The translations under genes were made by a program, and so were the position numbers. From Candidatus Hadarchaeota archaeon (GTDB taxonomy: Archaea; Hadarchaeota; Hadarchaeia; Hadarchaeales; Hadarchaeaceae), in NCBI GenBank assembly GCA_964514965.1, contig CAZETV010000001.1, forward strand, positions 783,063 to 815,062: a stretch of DNA of 32,000 nt, written 5' to 3'. The notes under the pieces are model-generated. The model was not told the origin of the DNA. It worked only from the letters and a program-made list of their open reading frames with translations, and made no database searches. This document shows, in pieces, positions 1 to 8,707 of the stretch (positions within the stretch are counted from its first letter, which is position 1; each line of letters begins with the position of its first letter).

Positions 1-1272
1 CATCACCGGCGCTCTCCCTAACAGCCCCCCTAATTCTACCCATTCTCCCTCTTTTCCCATCGGGATTATCCTTACACCGGTTGCCTTATCGTTCGCGACG
101 CCTATCGCGCATTCGTCCGCGATGACCGCGGCGATAGTTTCCGATGGTGTCTTGCTTGGCACCACTATCATGTCCAAACCAACTGAACAGACCGAAGTCA
201 TCGCCTCTAACTTATCTAAACTCATGGCGCCCTCAGCCACCGCTTCAGCCATGTCCTTGTCTTCGCTGACGGGGATGAATGCCCCAGATAAGCCACCCAC
301 ATATGAGGTCGCCATCACTCCCCCCTTCTTCACGGCATCCGTAAGAATGGCAAGCGCTGCAGTACTGCCATGAGTTCCACATTTTTCCACCCCCATGGCT
401 TCAATTATTCCCGCGACCGAATCGCCTTCAAAAGGAGTTGGGGCCAACGATAAGTCAATAATCCCGAATTTAACGTTCAACCTTCTCGCCATTTCCCGCC
501 CGACTAGCTCTCCAACCCTCGTTATCTTAAATGCAGTTTGCTTGATTTTCTCGGCCAGCTCTCCGAAATCAGCATCACTAAGCTTTTCTACTACAGCTCT
601 AATGACGCCGGGGCCTGAAATTCCAACGTTGACGCTGTTCTCTGCCTCTCCAACACCGTGAAAGGCCCCTGCCATGAACGGATTATCAGGAGGGGCATTC
701 GCGAAGGTAACAAGTTTGGCACAGCTCAATGGATTAATTGATGCGCATTCCTTCACCGCCTTTCCCATCCTAAGCACGGCGTCCATGTTGATTCCACTTT
801 TAGTAGTTGCGACGTTTACAGAGGAACATAATCGCTTGGTTTTGTTCAGCACCTTCGGGATGGAATCAATCAAGAGCTCGTCTCCCTTGGTGAACCCTTT
901 GTGCACTAGAGCGGAGTACCCTCCAATATAGTCCACTTTCAATTTTTCGGCAGCCACGTCCACACATTTCGCCAATTTCACGCAAGTACTCTCTTTTTTG
1001 GTGTTCAATGCGTCCAACAAGGAAGCTAGGGGAGTAACAGCAATCCTTTTATTGACAATCGGCAGCCCATATTTCATCTCCACTTCCTTTGCTTCTTTGA
1101 CGAGGTCACAGCCTACCGAGGTGATTTTTTTGTAGACCTTTTTGCACATTCGGTCGATATTCGGATCAATACATCCACCAAGATTTATCCCCAAGGTAAC
1201 TGTTCGAATGTCCAGCCGTTCAAAATTAATCATCTTTATCGTTTCGGCTATCTCTTCCTTGGAAAACTGCAT
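1..1272 (-). CDS. UPF0210/DUF711 family protein, partial (C-terminal end runs off the window)
   Basis: Not in ORF track. Reverse-strand translation from ATG at 1272: [50 protein letters not shown]..., ending near the window edge in ...[15 protein letters not shown], typical of the UPF0210 C-terminus. Lies 3 nt after the ACT gene. Confidence 0.88.
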   Translation of the reverse strand, partial: MQFSKEEIAETIKMINFERLDIRTVTLGINLGGCIDPNIDRMCKKVYKKITSVGCDLVKEAKEVEMKYGLPIVNKRIAVTPLASLLDALNTKKESTCVKLAKCVDVAAEKLKVDYIGGYSALVHKGFTKGDELLIDSIPKVLNKTKRLCSSVNVATTKSGINMDAVLRMGKAVKECASINPLSCAKLVTFANAPPDNPFMAGAFHGVGEAENSVNVGISGPGVIRAVVEKLSDADFGELAEKIKQTAFKITRVGELVGREMARRLNVKFGIIDLSLAPTPFEGDSVAGIIEAMGVEKCGTHGSTAALAILTDAVKKGGVMATSYVGGLSGAFIPVSEDKDMAEAVAEGAMSLDKLEAMTSVCSVGLDMIVVPSKTPSETIAAVIADECAIGVANDKATGVRIIPMGKEGEWVELGGLLGRAPVM

Positions 1273-1275
1273 GAC

Positions 1276-1548
1276 CTACACCCTGTGCATGTATTTGAAA
1301 AGCCCTTCGTGCTGCATTATAATCTTAACTTTCTGTTTAGCAGCAACCCTATCTAGCACCTTTTGAACCTCGCTTCTCTTGACCTCACTTACGTCCACGA
1401 GCATAATCATGGTGAAGAACTCTTGCAAAATAGTTTGACTTATGTCCTCGATATTGACCTTTAACTTAGCCAACTCCGTTGTGACAGCAGCTACTATACC
1501 AGGGTGGTCAACCCCCGTAACTGTAATCACGGCTCGCTCCTTCGTCAC
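1276..1548 (-). CDS. ACT domain protein (UPF0237 type)
   Basis: MTKERAVITVTGVDHPGIVAAVTTELAKLKVNIEDISQTILQEFFTMIMLVDVS; ACT fold pattern and conserved neighbourhood with UPF0210. Confidence 0.88.
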   Translation of the reverse strand: MTKERAVITVTGVDHPGIVAAVTTELAKLKVNIEDISQTILQEFFTMIMLVDVSEVKRSEVQKVLDRVAAKQKVKIIMQHEGLFKYMHRV

Positions 1549-1680
1549 AAATCCCCATTTTTAAAGTTTACATTAATTAGTTAATAAATGTAATAATTTG
1601 TTGTAGTTTAGCGGTAGTGAGGGATAAAAACGGGAAGTGTAAAAGATCTGGAAATTATAAGCCAGCCAGCCGGCAATAAA

Positions 1681-2712
1681 ATGGGAGTCGGCAGATTTCA
1701 CTTTTCTGACCGCTACTCCGTGTTCGACTGGGGAGAAATGCCAGACCACCTCATCAACAAGGGAGCTGCGTTATGCATGATGGGCGCTTACTGTTTCGAG
1801 AAATCGGAGGAAAACGGGATAAAAACCCATTATAGGGGTGTAGTAGGGCGAGATGGGAAAGTTGTCAGAGCCGACGAACTGCGCGAACCTACTGATACAA
1901 TGGAAATAAATTTAGTCCGAGTAATTCGCCCGAAAAAAGGGAGCGGAACCAATTATGATTATAGCGCCTTTAAACATGCCTTTGTAAATTTTTTGATACC
2001 GACGGAAATAATTTATAGAAACCGCCTACCTGAAGGTTCAAGCATTTTCAGACGGCTTAAGAACGGCCAAATCAGTTATGTGGATCTAGGATTGAACCAC
2101 TACCCCGCCCCAGGGGAAAACCTTGAAAAGCCTTTCTTTGATGTGAGCACAAAATTAGAAGAACAAGATAGATACCTCACTTGGTCAGAATCACAAAAAA
2201 TTTCAAGCCTAGCCGATGAAGAAGTAGAAAAAATTAAAGAAACCTTATCCCACACAAACAATTTGATTTCAAAAATTGCCGCGAGGGCCAACTTACAAAA
2301 CGATGATGGAAAAATCGAGTTAGCATTCGATGGCAATAGAAATTTAATCGTCGTGGATGTCCTCGGCACATTGGACGAATGCAGGTTTACTTATGAAGGT
2401 TTACACGTGAGCAAGGAAATTGCACGGCAGTACTACAGAAAAACGGAGTGGTACAGAGACGTTGAGAAGGCGAAAAGGGAAGCGGATATCAAAGGAACCA
2501 CCGATTGGAAAAGTTTGTGTAAATCCACCCCACCAAAATTAGATTTGGATTTGAAAAAGATAATATGCGACATTTACATGGCAGCAACAAACGAATGTAC
2601 GGGGCTTGATCTATTCGACGTTTCAAGCCTCGCCAATACCATAAAAGAATATCGAAAGTATTTAAGCGAGAAAAATATCTCCGCCGTACATGCAAAGATT
2701 AGAAAGGTTTAA
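1681..2712 (+). CDS. purC: SAICAR synthetase-like protein (phosphoribosylaminoimidazole-succinocarboxamide synthase, archaeal type)
   Basis: FSDRYSVFDWGEMPDHLINKGAALCMMGAY motif; followed by purP. Homology appears to extend upstream to about 1633 (GSVKDLEIISQPAGNK), see findings. Confidence 0.8.
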   Translation: MGVGRFHFSDRYSVFDWGEMPDHLINKGAALCMMGAYCFEKSEENGIKTHYRGVVGRDGKVVRADELREPTDTMEINLVRVIRPKKGSGTNYDYSAFKHAFVNFLIPTEIIYRNRLPEGSSIFRRLKNGQISYVDLGLNHYPAPGENLEKPFFDVSTKLEEQDRYLTWSESQKISSLADEEVEKIKETLSHTNNLISKIAARANLQNDDGKIELAFDGNRNLIVVDVLGTLDECRFTYEGLHVSKEIARQYYRKTEWYRDVEKAKREADIKGTTDWKSLCKSTPPKLDLDLKKIICDIYMAATNECTGLDLFDVSSLANTIKEYRKYLSEKNISAVHAKIRKV

Positions 2713-2751
2713 ATAAATGAAAATCGCATGTGCGGCAAAGGAGTCAGTAAA

Positions 2752-4143
2752 ATGATTGAAAGAAATGAGATGCAAGAGATAACACGGAAATTTAAAAATC
2801 CCAAAGCTTTAATTTTGGGCTCTCATTCTGCTTTAGATGCAGCGGCGGGGGCGAGAAATTATGATCTGCCGTATTTAATTTACACCACACCACAAAGAGC
2901 CATAATTTACCTTCAAAACCCGATGGTCGGAAAACCAAAGGAAGTCGTCGACGATTTGCCAGCCGTTGTAAAGCGAGATATGGTTATAGCTAGAGACATA
3001 GCCGATCTCAAGAAGAAAAAATTTAAACAAGCGCTCCTTATCTTGGACAAGTACTCTGATATTGTAAAGTTTGTTGATGACTTAATCGAGTTAGAATGCC
3101 TTCAAATCCCCAATAGAGCCTTCAGCGTTTATGTCGGAGGAGATGAAAAATGCAGCACAATAGAAAATGATTTTGCAGTCCCAATTGTCGGCTCAAGAAA
3201 ACTTCTAAAAATAGAAAATCGTGGGGAAATAAAGAAAGATTACTATTGGTTTGCCCAACAAGCTGGAATCCCAACTCCAAAATCTTTTGAAGTCAAGATA
3301 GAAAAAGACAAACTAAAATTTAATAAAAAAATTGAACAGCCGATGATTTTAAAAACCGAGTTTAAACACAGGCAATTCGAAAGGTCCTTTATTTTTGCCG
3401 CCAACTCAGATGATCTCGAACAAAAAGTCAGGAAAGAAGTTGAAATCGGAAACATAGATGAAGACGGTTTGAAAATAGCAAGAATTGAAGAATACGTTCC
3501 CGGCCCACATGCCAATTTCAATTATTTCTTCTCTCCCCTAAACGCGAAAGAAAGTTGGGGCGACACAGAAAAAGTGTATACTGAAATATATAAAGTTCCT
3601 ACCGAAGAGGCTCGGGCTTGTTTAGCTAATGAGTTCCTGTCAATCGATGAAAGAAGAGAGGCCACCCACGACGGAGTCATAAGGCTGCCCGCTGACGTAC
3701 AATTAAAAGCGGATTGGAGTAAGACACCGTACCCACTCACTTTTGAGGTTACATTTCACTCAGATATTTCTATCAGAGAATCTTTATTGAAAGATGTCCA
3801 CAAAACTGCAAACGCTTTCCTAAAAGCAACCCAGATCCATGAACCGCCGGGGATTCTCGGGGCGTGGTGTTTGCAAACTTTAATCACATGGACTAAAATG
3901 GGAACCATCAGCGGGGTAAATTTAGGCTTGTATGACGTTCCAGATGGATCGGAGGTCTTCATGCACACCCCGGTAACACAGGATGTTGCATTGAGGCATG
4001 GCGGTGGAACTAACACTCATTTGGGAATCGGCTCAAAATACGCAAACGCAAAATATCAGAGAAGAATGAGTATGGGAGACAGGATTGCGCTCGAGACAAA
4101 GAGGGCAATAAAACGAAACATACTCGCGGAACTTGTAACTTAG
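2752..4143 (+). CDS. purP: 5-formaminoimidazole-4-carboxamide ribonucleotide synthetase (PurP)
   Basis: ATP-grasp PurP signatures: ILGSHSALDAAAGARNYDLPYLIYTT, VPGPHANFNYFFSPL, GSKYANAKYQRRMSMGDRIALE. ATG at 2752 has GGAG upstream and is preferred over the track start at 2728. Confidence 0.9.
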   Translation: MIERNEMQEITRKFKNPKALILGSHSALDAAAGARNYDLPYLIYTTPQRAIIYLQNPMVGKPKEVVDDLPAVVKRDMVIARDIADLKKKKFKQALLILDKYSDIVKFVDDLIELECLQIPNRAFSVYVGGDEKCSTIENDFAVPIVGSRKLLKIENRGEIKKDYYWFAQQAGIPTPKSFEVKIEKDKLKFNKKIEQPMILKTEFKHRQFERSFIFAANSDDLEQKVRKEVEIGNIDEDGLKIARIEEYVPGPHANFNYFFSPLNAKESWGDTEKVYTEIYKVPTEEARACLANEFLSIDERREATHDGVIRLPADVQLKADWSKTPYPLTFEVTFHSDISIRESLLKDVHKTANAFLKATQIHEPPGILGAWCLQTLITWTKMGTISGVNLGLYDVPDGSEVFMHTPVTQDVALRHGGGTNTHLGIGSKYANAKYQRRMSMGDRIALETKRAIKRNILAELVT

Positions 4144-4222
4144 AACGGAACCGAGCAGAAAACCTCCGATCCAGATAAACGGAGGGCTTTCGAAGAGGGT
4201 GATTCAAACGGAGCGCGAGTAA

Positions 4223-4654
4223 ATGGAGAATCGTGCACAGTTTCTATCACTATTTCTCTTCGTTGGTTTCATTATGAAAATTCTAGGAGAGCTGATTCAC
4301 GAAATTATGGGTCATGGTTTATTTGTCCTTTTGTTTGGAGGAACCATCACAAAAGTTAACATAGCACTTTTGTGGCCTTACGAACTCTCTTCTATAAGAT
4401 TCAGCCCGCCTGCTAACGGTTTTGCTCCATGGCAGGAAGCTTGGATAGCTGGAGGGGGTATCTTAATCTGTTTAATAATATCCTATCTTCTCCAACTGTT
4501 CCTCTCGTCTAGAAAATCAAGTTGGCCGATTTCAATTTCTCTTTTCTGGCTTGCTTTCTGGACATTCATCAACCCTGTTGGATACCTGATAATGGGAGGA
4601 ACAAAACCGTTCGGCGATGTAGCCGACTTAATAAATAGAGGTATTCTCACATAA
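4223..4654 (+). CDS. Multi-pass membrane protein with HExxGH-like motif (M50-like), ends at an in-frame TAA
   Basis: LGELIHEIMGHGLFVLLFGG hydrophobic metalloprotease-like motif; the same frame stays open after the stop (to 4918). Confidence 0.6.
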   Translation: MENRAQFLSLFLFVGFIMKILGELIHEIMGHGLFVLLFGGTITKVNIALLWPYELSSIRFSPPANGFAPWQEAWIAGGGILICLIISYLLQLFLSSRKSSWPISISLFWLAFWTFINPVGYLIMGGTKPFGDVADLINRGILT

Positions 4655-4669
4655 GAAACCGTTCTGGTT

Positions 4670-4918
4670 TTGGGACTTTTCCTCTTCCTTTTGAGTTTCT
4701 TCTCTCTTTCAAGAATCTTGCGGGAGTCCCTCGTCAAAACAAGGGTTATCAAGAACGTTAAGAATAGCGTGATTTTATTTTGGTTTATTATTCCATTCAT
4801 TACATTAGTAAACCTGATCGGGTACGGACAACCCTTGATTTCTTTCCCAATAAGCTTCCTACCCGCGCTCCTCGCTTACGTATCTCCCCCTCTCAAGAAC
4901 CGTCTGTTCAAAAAATGA
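4670..4918 (+). pseudogene. C-terminal continuation of the 4223 membrane protein, separated by a single in-frame TAA
   Basis: Same reading frame, continuous hydrophobic segments (ETVLVLGLFLFLLSFFSLSRIL...NSVILFWFIIPFITLVNLIGYGQPLISFPISFLPALLAYV). Confidence 0.45.
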
Positions 4919-4961
4919 TGGAAAAACTGGGGGAAAACGTGAAAAGTTGACTCCTCAATTT

Positions 4962-5483
4962 TTATCCCTTAGACAATACCTTGCTCCAAGCATCCACCAT
5001 TTCTTTATTTCTGTCGCAGAGTATTACCTCTTCAAGCGTCCCCGCGACTTGGATAAAATCCCTTATCGCGCGGACCATCGCTTCTGCAGCAGCCTCTTCA
5101 GAAACTCTTCCGACGCCTGTCCCCATACCTGGGAACACTAAACTTCTAGCACCAATGTTATCTGCGCGTTCGAGCGCCGCCTTTGTCGAATAATATACCT
5201 TTTCACCTGTTGTCCGCATCACTGGGCGCTCCATCGTTGGGGCGTGCACGACCCATCGCGCTTGCAGCTTGCCCGCAGTTGTCGAAACCGCTTTTCCGAC
5301 CGGTACTGGAGCGTGCTTTAAGGCTTCCCGCTCGATTTCCTCGCCGCCAGCGCGCTTCAGCGCCCCCGCGGCCCCGCCACCCATATACATCAAGCTGCTT
5401 GCGGGATTACATATCGCGTCGGCTTTTTGCCTCGTCAAGTCCCCTTGTTTTACTACAACCACCAAGTTTCCAATTTTAAACAT
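4962..5483 (-). CDS. Macro domain (ADP-ribose/O-acetyl-ADP-ribose binding) protein
   Basis: VVVKQGDLTRQKADAICNPASSLMYMGGGAAGALKRAGG and GARSLVFPGMGTGVGRVS macro motifs; ATG at 5483 fits the domain better than the track start at 5672. Confidence 0.85.
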   Translation of the reverse strand: MFKIGNLVVVVKQGDLTRQKADAICNPASSLMYMGGGAAGALKRAGGEEIEREALKHAPVPVGKAVSTTAGKLQARWVVHAPTMERPVMRTTGEKVYYSTKAALERADNIGARSLVFPGMGTGVGRVSEEAAAEAMVRAIRDFIQVAGTLEEVILCDRNKEMVDAWSKVLSKG

Positions 5484-5593
5484 CCTAACCCAAATAGACT
5501 TCCAACATTTTAAAATAAACTTGTTTTTTACTTGACAACAAAATGCCAACGAATTTATTTCACCAAAGCCGAAACTTTGACGGGGATTTAAAA

Positions 5594-5938
5594 ATGAAAT
5601 TACGCGTGAGATCTCTAACCTTCGACTTTCTGTTCGGCGGAGCAATCGTCGTCGGGGCACTGTTGGTAGCATCGCTGCTGGGGCCTACTGCGGGCGGCAT
5701 CCTCGCGGGCGCACCTATCCGGGCAAGCGGAGTGATTTTCCTCGAGTACCTTCACGAAGGCGTCGATAAAGCGACGGAACTGACGCGGGGCGTGGTATTT
5801 GCGATGGTCGCCAATGTGTTCTTCGCGGTTGTACTCTACTTCTGCATTCCCAAGTTCGGTCTGGAGGGAGCGTTCTTGGCCGCGAGTGCAGTGTTCATCG
5901 CAGTAATAGCCGTCATGAAGCCGATGGGTTTGCTCTGA
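5594..5938 (+). CDS. Small membrane protein of unknown function
   Basis: MKLRVRSLTFDFLFGGAIVVGALLVASLLGPTAGGILAGAPIRASGVIF with several predicted TM segments; ATG at 5594 is the likely start. Confidence 0.6.
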   Translation: MKLRVRSLTFDFLFGGAIVVGALLVASLLGPTAGGILAGAPIRASGVIFLEYLHEGVDKATELTRGVVFAMVANVFFAVVLYFCIPKFGLEGAFLAASAVFIAVIAVMKPMGLL

Positions 5939-5968
5939 AGAGACTAATCTGGGACTCCGCCCAACACA

Positions 5969-6793
5969 TTAGACCCGACGCCCAGTGAGCGCCCGGATTA
6001 GCCTGTTTGTGGTCTCCTCCACAGCGCGATCTTCATAGGGAACGTACGGCAAATCCGCCTCGCCAGCTACAACTTTCGCAAGCTCGTTAATTGCGAGCGA
6101 CGCCTCACACTCAGGTTCGTACACGACAACCGGGACCCCCTCACGCTCCGCTTCCTGAACCTTTGAATCCTCGGGGATTTCCGCAAGCACGGGCATCGCG
6201 CCAAGCGTGCGGCCCATGAACTGCTCGATCTCACCGGTTGAAAGATCCGCCGTCTTACCAGTGCGGTTGACGACGAGACCCCGCGCCCAAGAGCCGAGCA
6301 CATTTGACAAGCGGATTGTCTTATTACAGTCAACGAGGCTTGTGTAAGTCGGATTACAGACCGGCAGCATTTCGCGAGCGGCTGCAATCGAAATTATCGT
6401 CGCGTCGGCTATCCCTGCGGGCGCGTCTATTAGCAGTAATCCGGTTTGCCGCAGGAACTCTTCGACGATTTCCTCGACGCGCTCGCGCTTCACCTTTGAG
6501 AACATATCATGCACATCTTCAAAACGAAAACCAGTCGGGACAACTTTTATGCCATAGTTCTCGTAAATTACGTCTTTAACATCAGCTTTTCCAGTTAAAA
6601 CATCCAAAAAACTCACTTCACACTTGTGCATCCCCATGATTATCCCCAGATTCGCCATCGCAAGGTCGCCGTCGAGGATCGTGACGTTCCGCCCGAGCGC
6701 GCCCAGTGCCACTCCGAGATTCGCCGTGAGGATGGTCTTTCCTGTCCCACCCTTGCCTGAGGCAATCGCTATCGAACGTGGTCTATTACGCAA
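5969..6793 (-). CDS. MinD/ParA-family P-loop ATPase
   Basis: Deviant Walker A ASGKGGTGKT, GDLAMANLG, LLLIDAPAGI; TTG start. Confidence 0.9.
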   Translation of the reverse strand: MRNRPRSIAIASGKGGTGKTILTANLGVALGALGRNVTILDGDLAMANLGIIMGMHKCEVSFLDVLTGKADVKDVIYENYGIKVVPTGFRFEDVHDMFSKVKRERVEEIVEEFLRQTGLLLIDAPAGIADATIISIAAAREMLPVCNPTYTSLVDCNKTIRLSNVLGSWARGLVVNRTGKTADLSTGEIEQFMGRTLGAMPVLAEIPEDSKVQEAEREGVPVVVYEPECEASLAINELAKVVAGEADLPYVPYEDRAVEETTNRLIRALTGRRV

Positions 6794-6888
6794 ATTTCAA
6801 CCCCCAAGTTTATTAACATCAAGCACTTAAAAACATGAATCTTTTTTTTAGTCCTGCCCCCATCAATAAATTCAAAAAATTAGAATAC

Positions 6889-7827
6889 TCACTCAAGTTT
6901 TGCGTCCGGGTGCGCCCCAAAATATCTTCTAACTGGCTCAAGCACCTGAACCAGTGCCTCAGCAACTGCCGCTTTTAGATCCGCGGGGTGGAGTTCGCCT
7001 GACATATATAGCTTTCGAAGTTCTGCTGCATCCTCTACTTCAAGCGGGCCTCCATACTTCACCTGCCTGCCAACTTCTAGCTTGCCGAGGATGGGGAATA
7101 TAACATGTTCAACGTACTCAATTATTGGATTATCCTTTGTTTGTTTTAACGGGCAAAATGATTTAATCACCTTTTTCTTGATTACTGAAGGTTCGTCGTC
7201 AATTGCGATGAAGTTGCCTTTTGACGAAGACATTTTATCAATCCCGTCCAATCCATGAAGCAAGGGCACATGTACACAGACCGGTTTTTTATATCCCACT
7301 GATGGCAATTTTTCCCGCGCGACCATGTGCACCTTTCGCTGATCTATGCCCCCAACCGCTACATCGACGTTGAGATGAGCTATATCCACTGCTTGCATGA
7401 GGGGATAAATCACCTGAGCCACATCCGGGTCATTTAAATGGCGGGCTATCTCAGCCATTGATCGACGCGCTCTAAACAATGTTGTACCGGTAGCCATCCG
7501 AAGAACATCCATCATGAACTCAGATTTTAACTGAAAGTCGGACCCAAGCAAGAACTCCGTATGCTTGGGGTCAAGACCCCACGCTATAAAACAATGTTTA
7601 TTATATTCGGCCACCTGACGAATCTCTTCAAGTGTTCCCTTATCGTTGAGGTATGCGTGCAAATCCGCGAGCAACACGACCACGCGCGCTCCTATCTTCT
7701 GAAAATCGATGAGTTTTTGCACGGACAACACGTGCCCAAAATGAATTTTCCCAGATGGTTCGTAACCACAATAAACTGTAAACTTTCCTTCACCCATTAG
7801 TTTGAGGAGTTCGGTTTCTGTAATCAC
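6889..7827 (-). CDS. tyrS: Tyrosyl-tRNA synthetase (archaeal type)
   Basis: HFGH and KMSSSKG class I signatures; YCGYEPSGKIHFGH; GGIDQRKVHMVARE. Confidence 0.93.
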   Translation of the reverse strand: MITETELLKLMGEGKFTVYCGYEPSGKIHFGHVLSVQKLIDFQKIGARVVVLLADLHAYLNDKGTLEEIRQVAEYNKHCFIAWGLDPKHTEFLLGSDFQLKSEFMMDVLRMATGTTLFRARRSMAEIARHLNDPDVAQVIYPLMQAVDIAHLNVDVAVGGIDQRKVHMVAREKLPSVGYKKPVCVHVPLLHGLDGIDKMSSSKGNFIAIDDEPSVIKKKVIKSFCPLKQTKDNPIIEYVEHVIFPILGKLEVGRQVKYGGPLEVEDAAELRKLYMSGELHPADLKAAVAEALVQVLEPVRRYFGAHPDAKLE

Positions 7828-7932
7828 CTCAATCGTGCCCTGCGTTGCACACTTGAAGCGTTCTTCTGCCTCCGTTTGATCACCACTCGAAAAGTGTCCT
7901 AGCTAGCTAAAAGCTTTTGTTGAAGATGTGTG

Positions 7933-7951
7933 ACCCCCTTATTTCGCATGG
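7933..7951 (-). promoter_or_regulatory. ORB-like element (left arm of inverted pair)
   Basis: ACCCCCTTATTTCGCATGG; about 15/19 identical to the reverse complement of the right-hand element (ACCCCTTTATTTCCACTGC). Confidence 0.35.
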
Positions 7952-7978
7952 ATACTTATTAAGTAGTCTCTATTATAA

Positions 7979-7997
7979 TACTGTTACGATAGTATCA
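7979..7997. repeat. 19-bp direct repeat copy 1 containing odd palindrome GATAGTATC
   Basis: TACTGTTACGATAGTATCA, exact match to 8618-8636; lies 55 bp upstream of the 8052 start. Confidence 0.85.
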
Positions 7998-8023
7998 TAA
8001 AAACCAATATAAATTAAAATAAA

Positions 8024-8045
8024 TTGCAGTGGAAATAAAGGGGTT
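8024..8045 (+). promoter_or_regulatory. ORB-like (origin recognition box) element
   Basis: TTGCAGTGGAAATAAAGGGGTT closely resembles the archaeal ORB pattern (TTCCAGTGGAAAyGAAGGGG, recalled consensus). Confidence 0.45.
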
Positions 8046-8051
8046 GGTCGT

Positions 8052-8615
8052 GTGGAGATAAATGAAAGAACGCTTGCTAGGGTATTCAGCTTTGACATTG
8101 GATTTACAGGCACACGCAAGACACTTTTTTACCGCAAGCTTTTCGGATATTCAAGTTCTACAAAGCGAAACAAAAAAGATGGTACCACAAAGGTTTACAC
8201 CTACATTGCGCGAGGGTTGCTCGGGGAAATTCCTCACTTGAAGCTTGGAAAGAGTGTTATTGCCGTTCCAAAGGCAGCAGCCTCCTGTTTTGAGGAGTTT
8301 TTTTGGGATCCCAAATGGCAACCTATAGAATTTTACAGTTTCGACGCTATTTTACCGCCGGAACTCAGAGCGCGTGCGATGGAAGAGGCGCTCGCGGGGT
8401 ATATATTTCTCGGAGGGGGGCACACAAAAATTACCATCGAAATGGACGAAATTTTAAGTATGGAGGGGCAGGGTGAGTTAACTCCTGAGTTTGCTGAACG
8501 TGCGCGGGGCGTCTTGCGCGTGGTTGAGGGGTTTGTAGCCCTTGACTGGACTGATGGGCGGGAATTTTCTCGGAGGTTTGAACCTTATTTGATGCGAGTG
8601 AGAGAATTAATTTAA
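8052..8615 (+). CDS. Uncharacterised protein (GTG start)
   Basis: Open frame with plausible globular composition: MEINERTLARVFSFDIGFTGTRKTLFYRKLFGYSSST...GLLGEIPHLKLGKSVIAVP; no family I can name. Confidence 0.75.
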   Translation: MEINERTLARVFSFDIGFTGTRKTLFYRKLFGYSSSTKRNKKDGTTKVYTYIARGLLGEIPHLKLGKSVIAVPKAAASCFEEFFWDPKWQPIEFYSFDAILPPELRARAMEEALAGYIFLGGGHTKITIEMDEILSMEGQGELTPEFAERARGVLRVVEGFVALDWTDGREFSRRFEPYLMRVRELI

Positions 8616-8617
8616 TG

Positions 8618-8636
8618 TACTGTTACGATAGTATCA
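8618..8636. repeat. 19-bp direct repeat copy 2
   Basis: TACTGTTACGATAGTATCA, identical to 7979-7997; 71 bp upstream of the 8708 ATG. Confidence 0.85.
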
Positions 8637-8707
8637 ATACTTTCGGCGACCTCTCTCCCCTAAAGACGCTTAAAAATTTAACACAAGCGTTCTTTTGAAG
8701 GGAGAAA

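Noticed and set aside
122-1366. Track ORFs at 122-373, 395-661, 674-931 and 1142-1366 on plus strand
   Set aside because: All are antisense to the UPF0210 gene, which is the real coding frame; products are low-complexity Ser/Pro-rich shadows.
5484-5672. N-terminal extension of the macro-domain ORF
   Set aside because: Residues 1-63 (MLPTVPRRRLLRRTESRR...) look like translated intergenic sequence; ATG at 5483 gives a standard macro-domain start.
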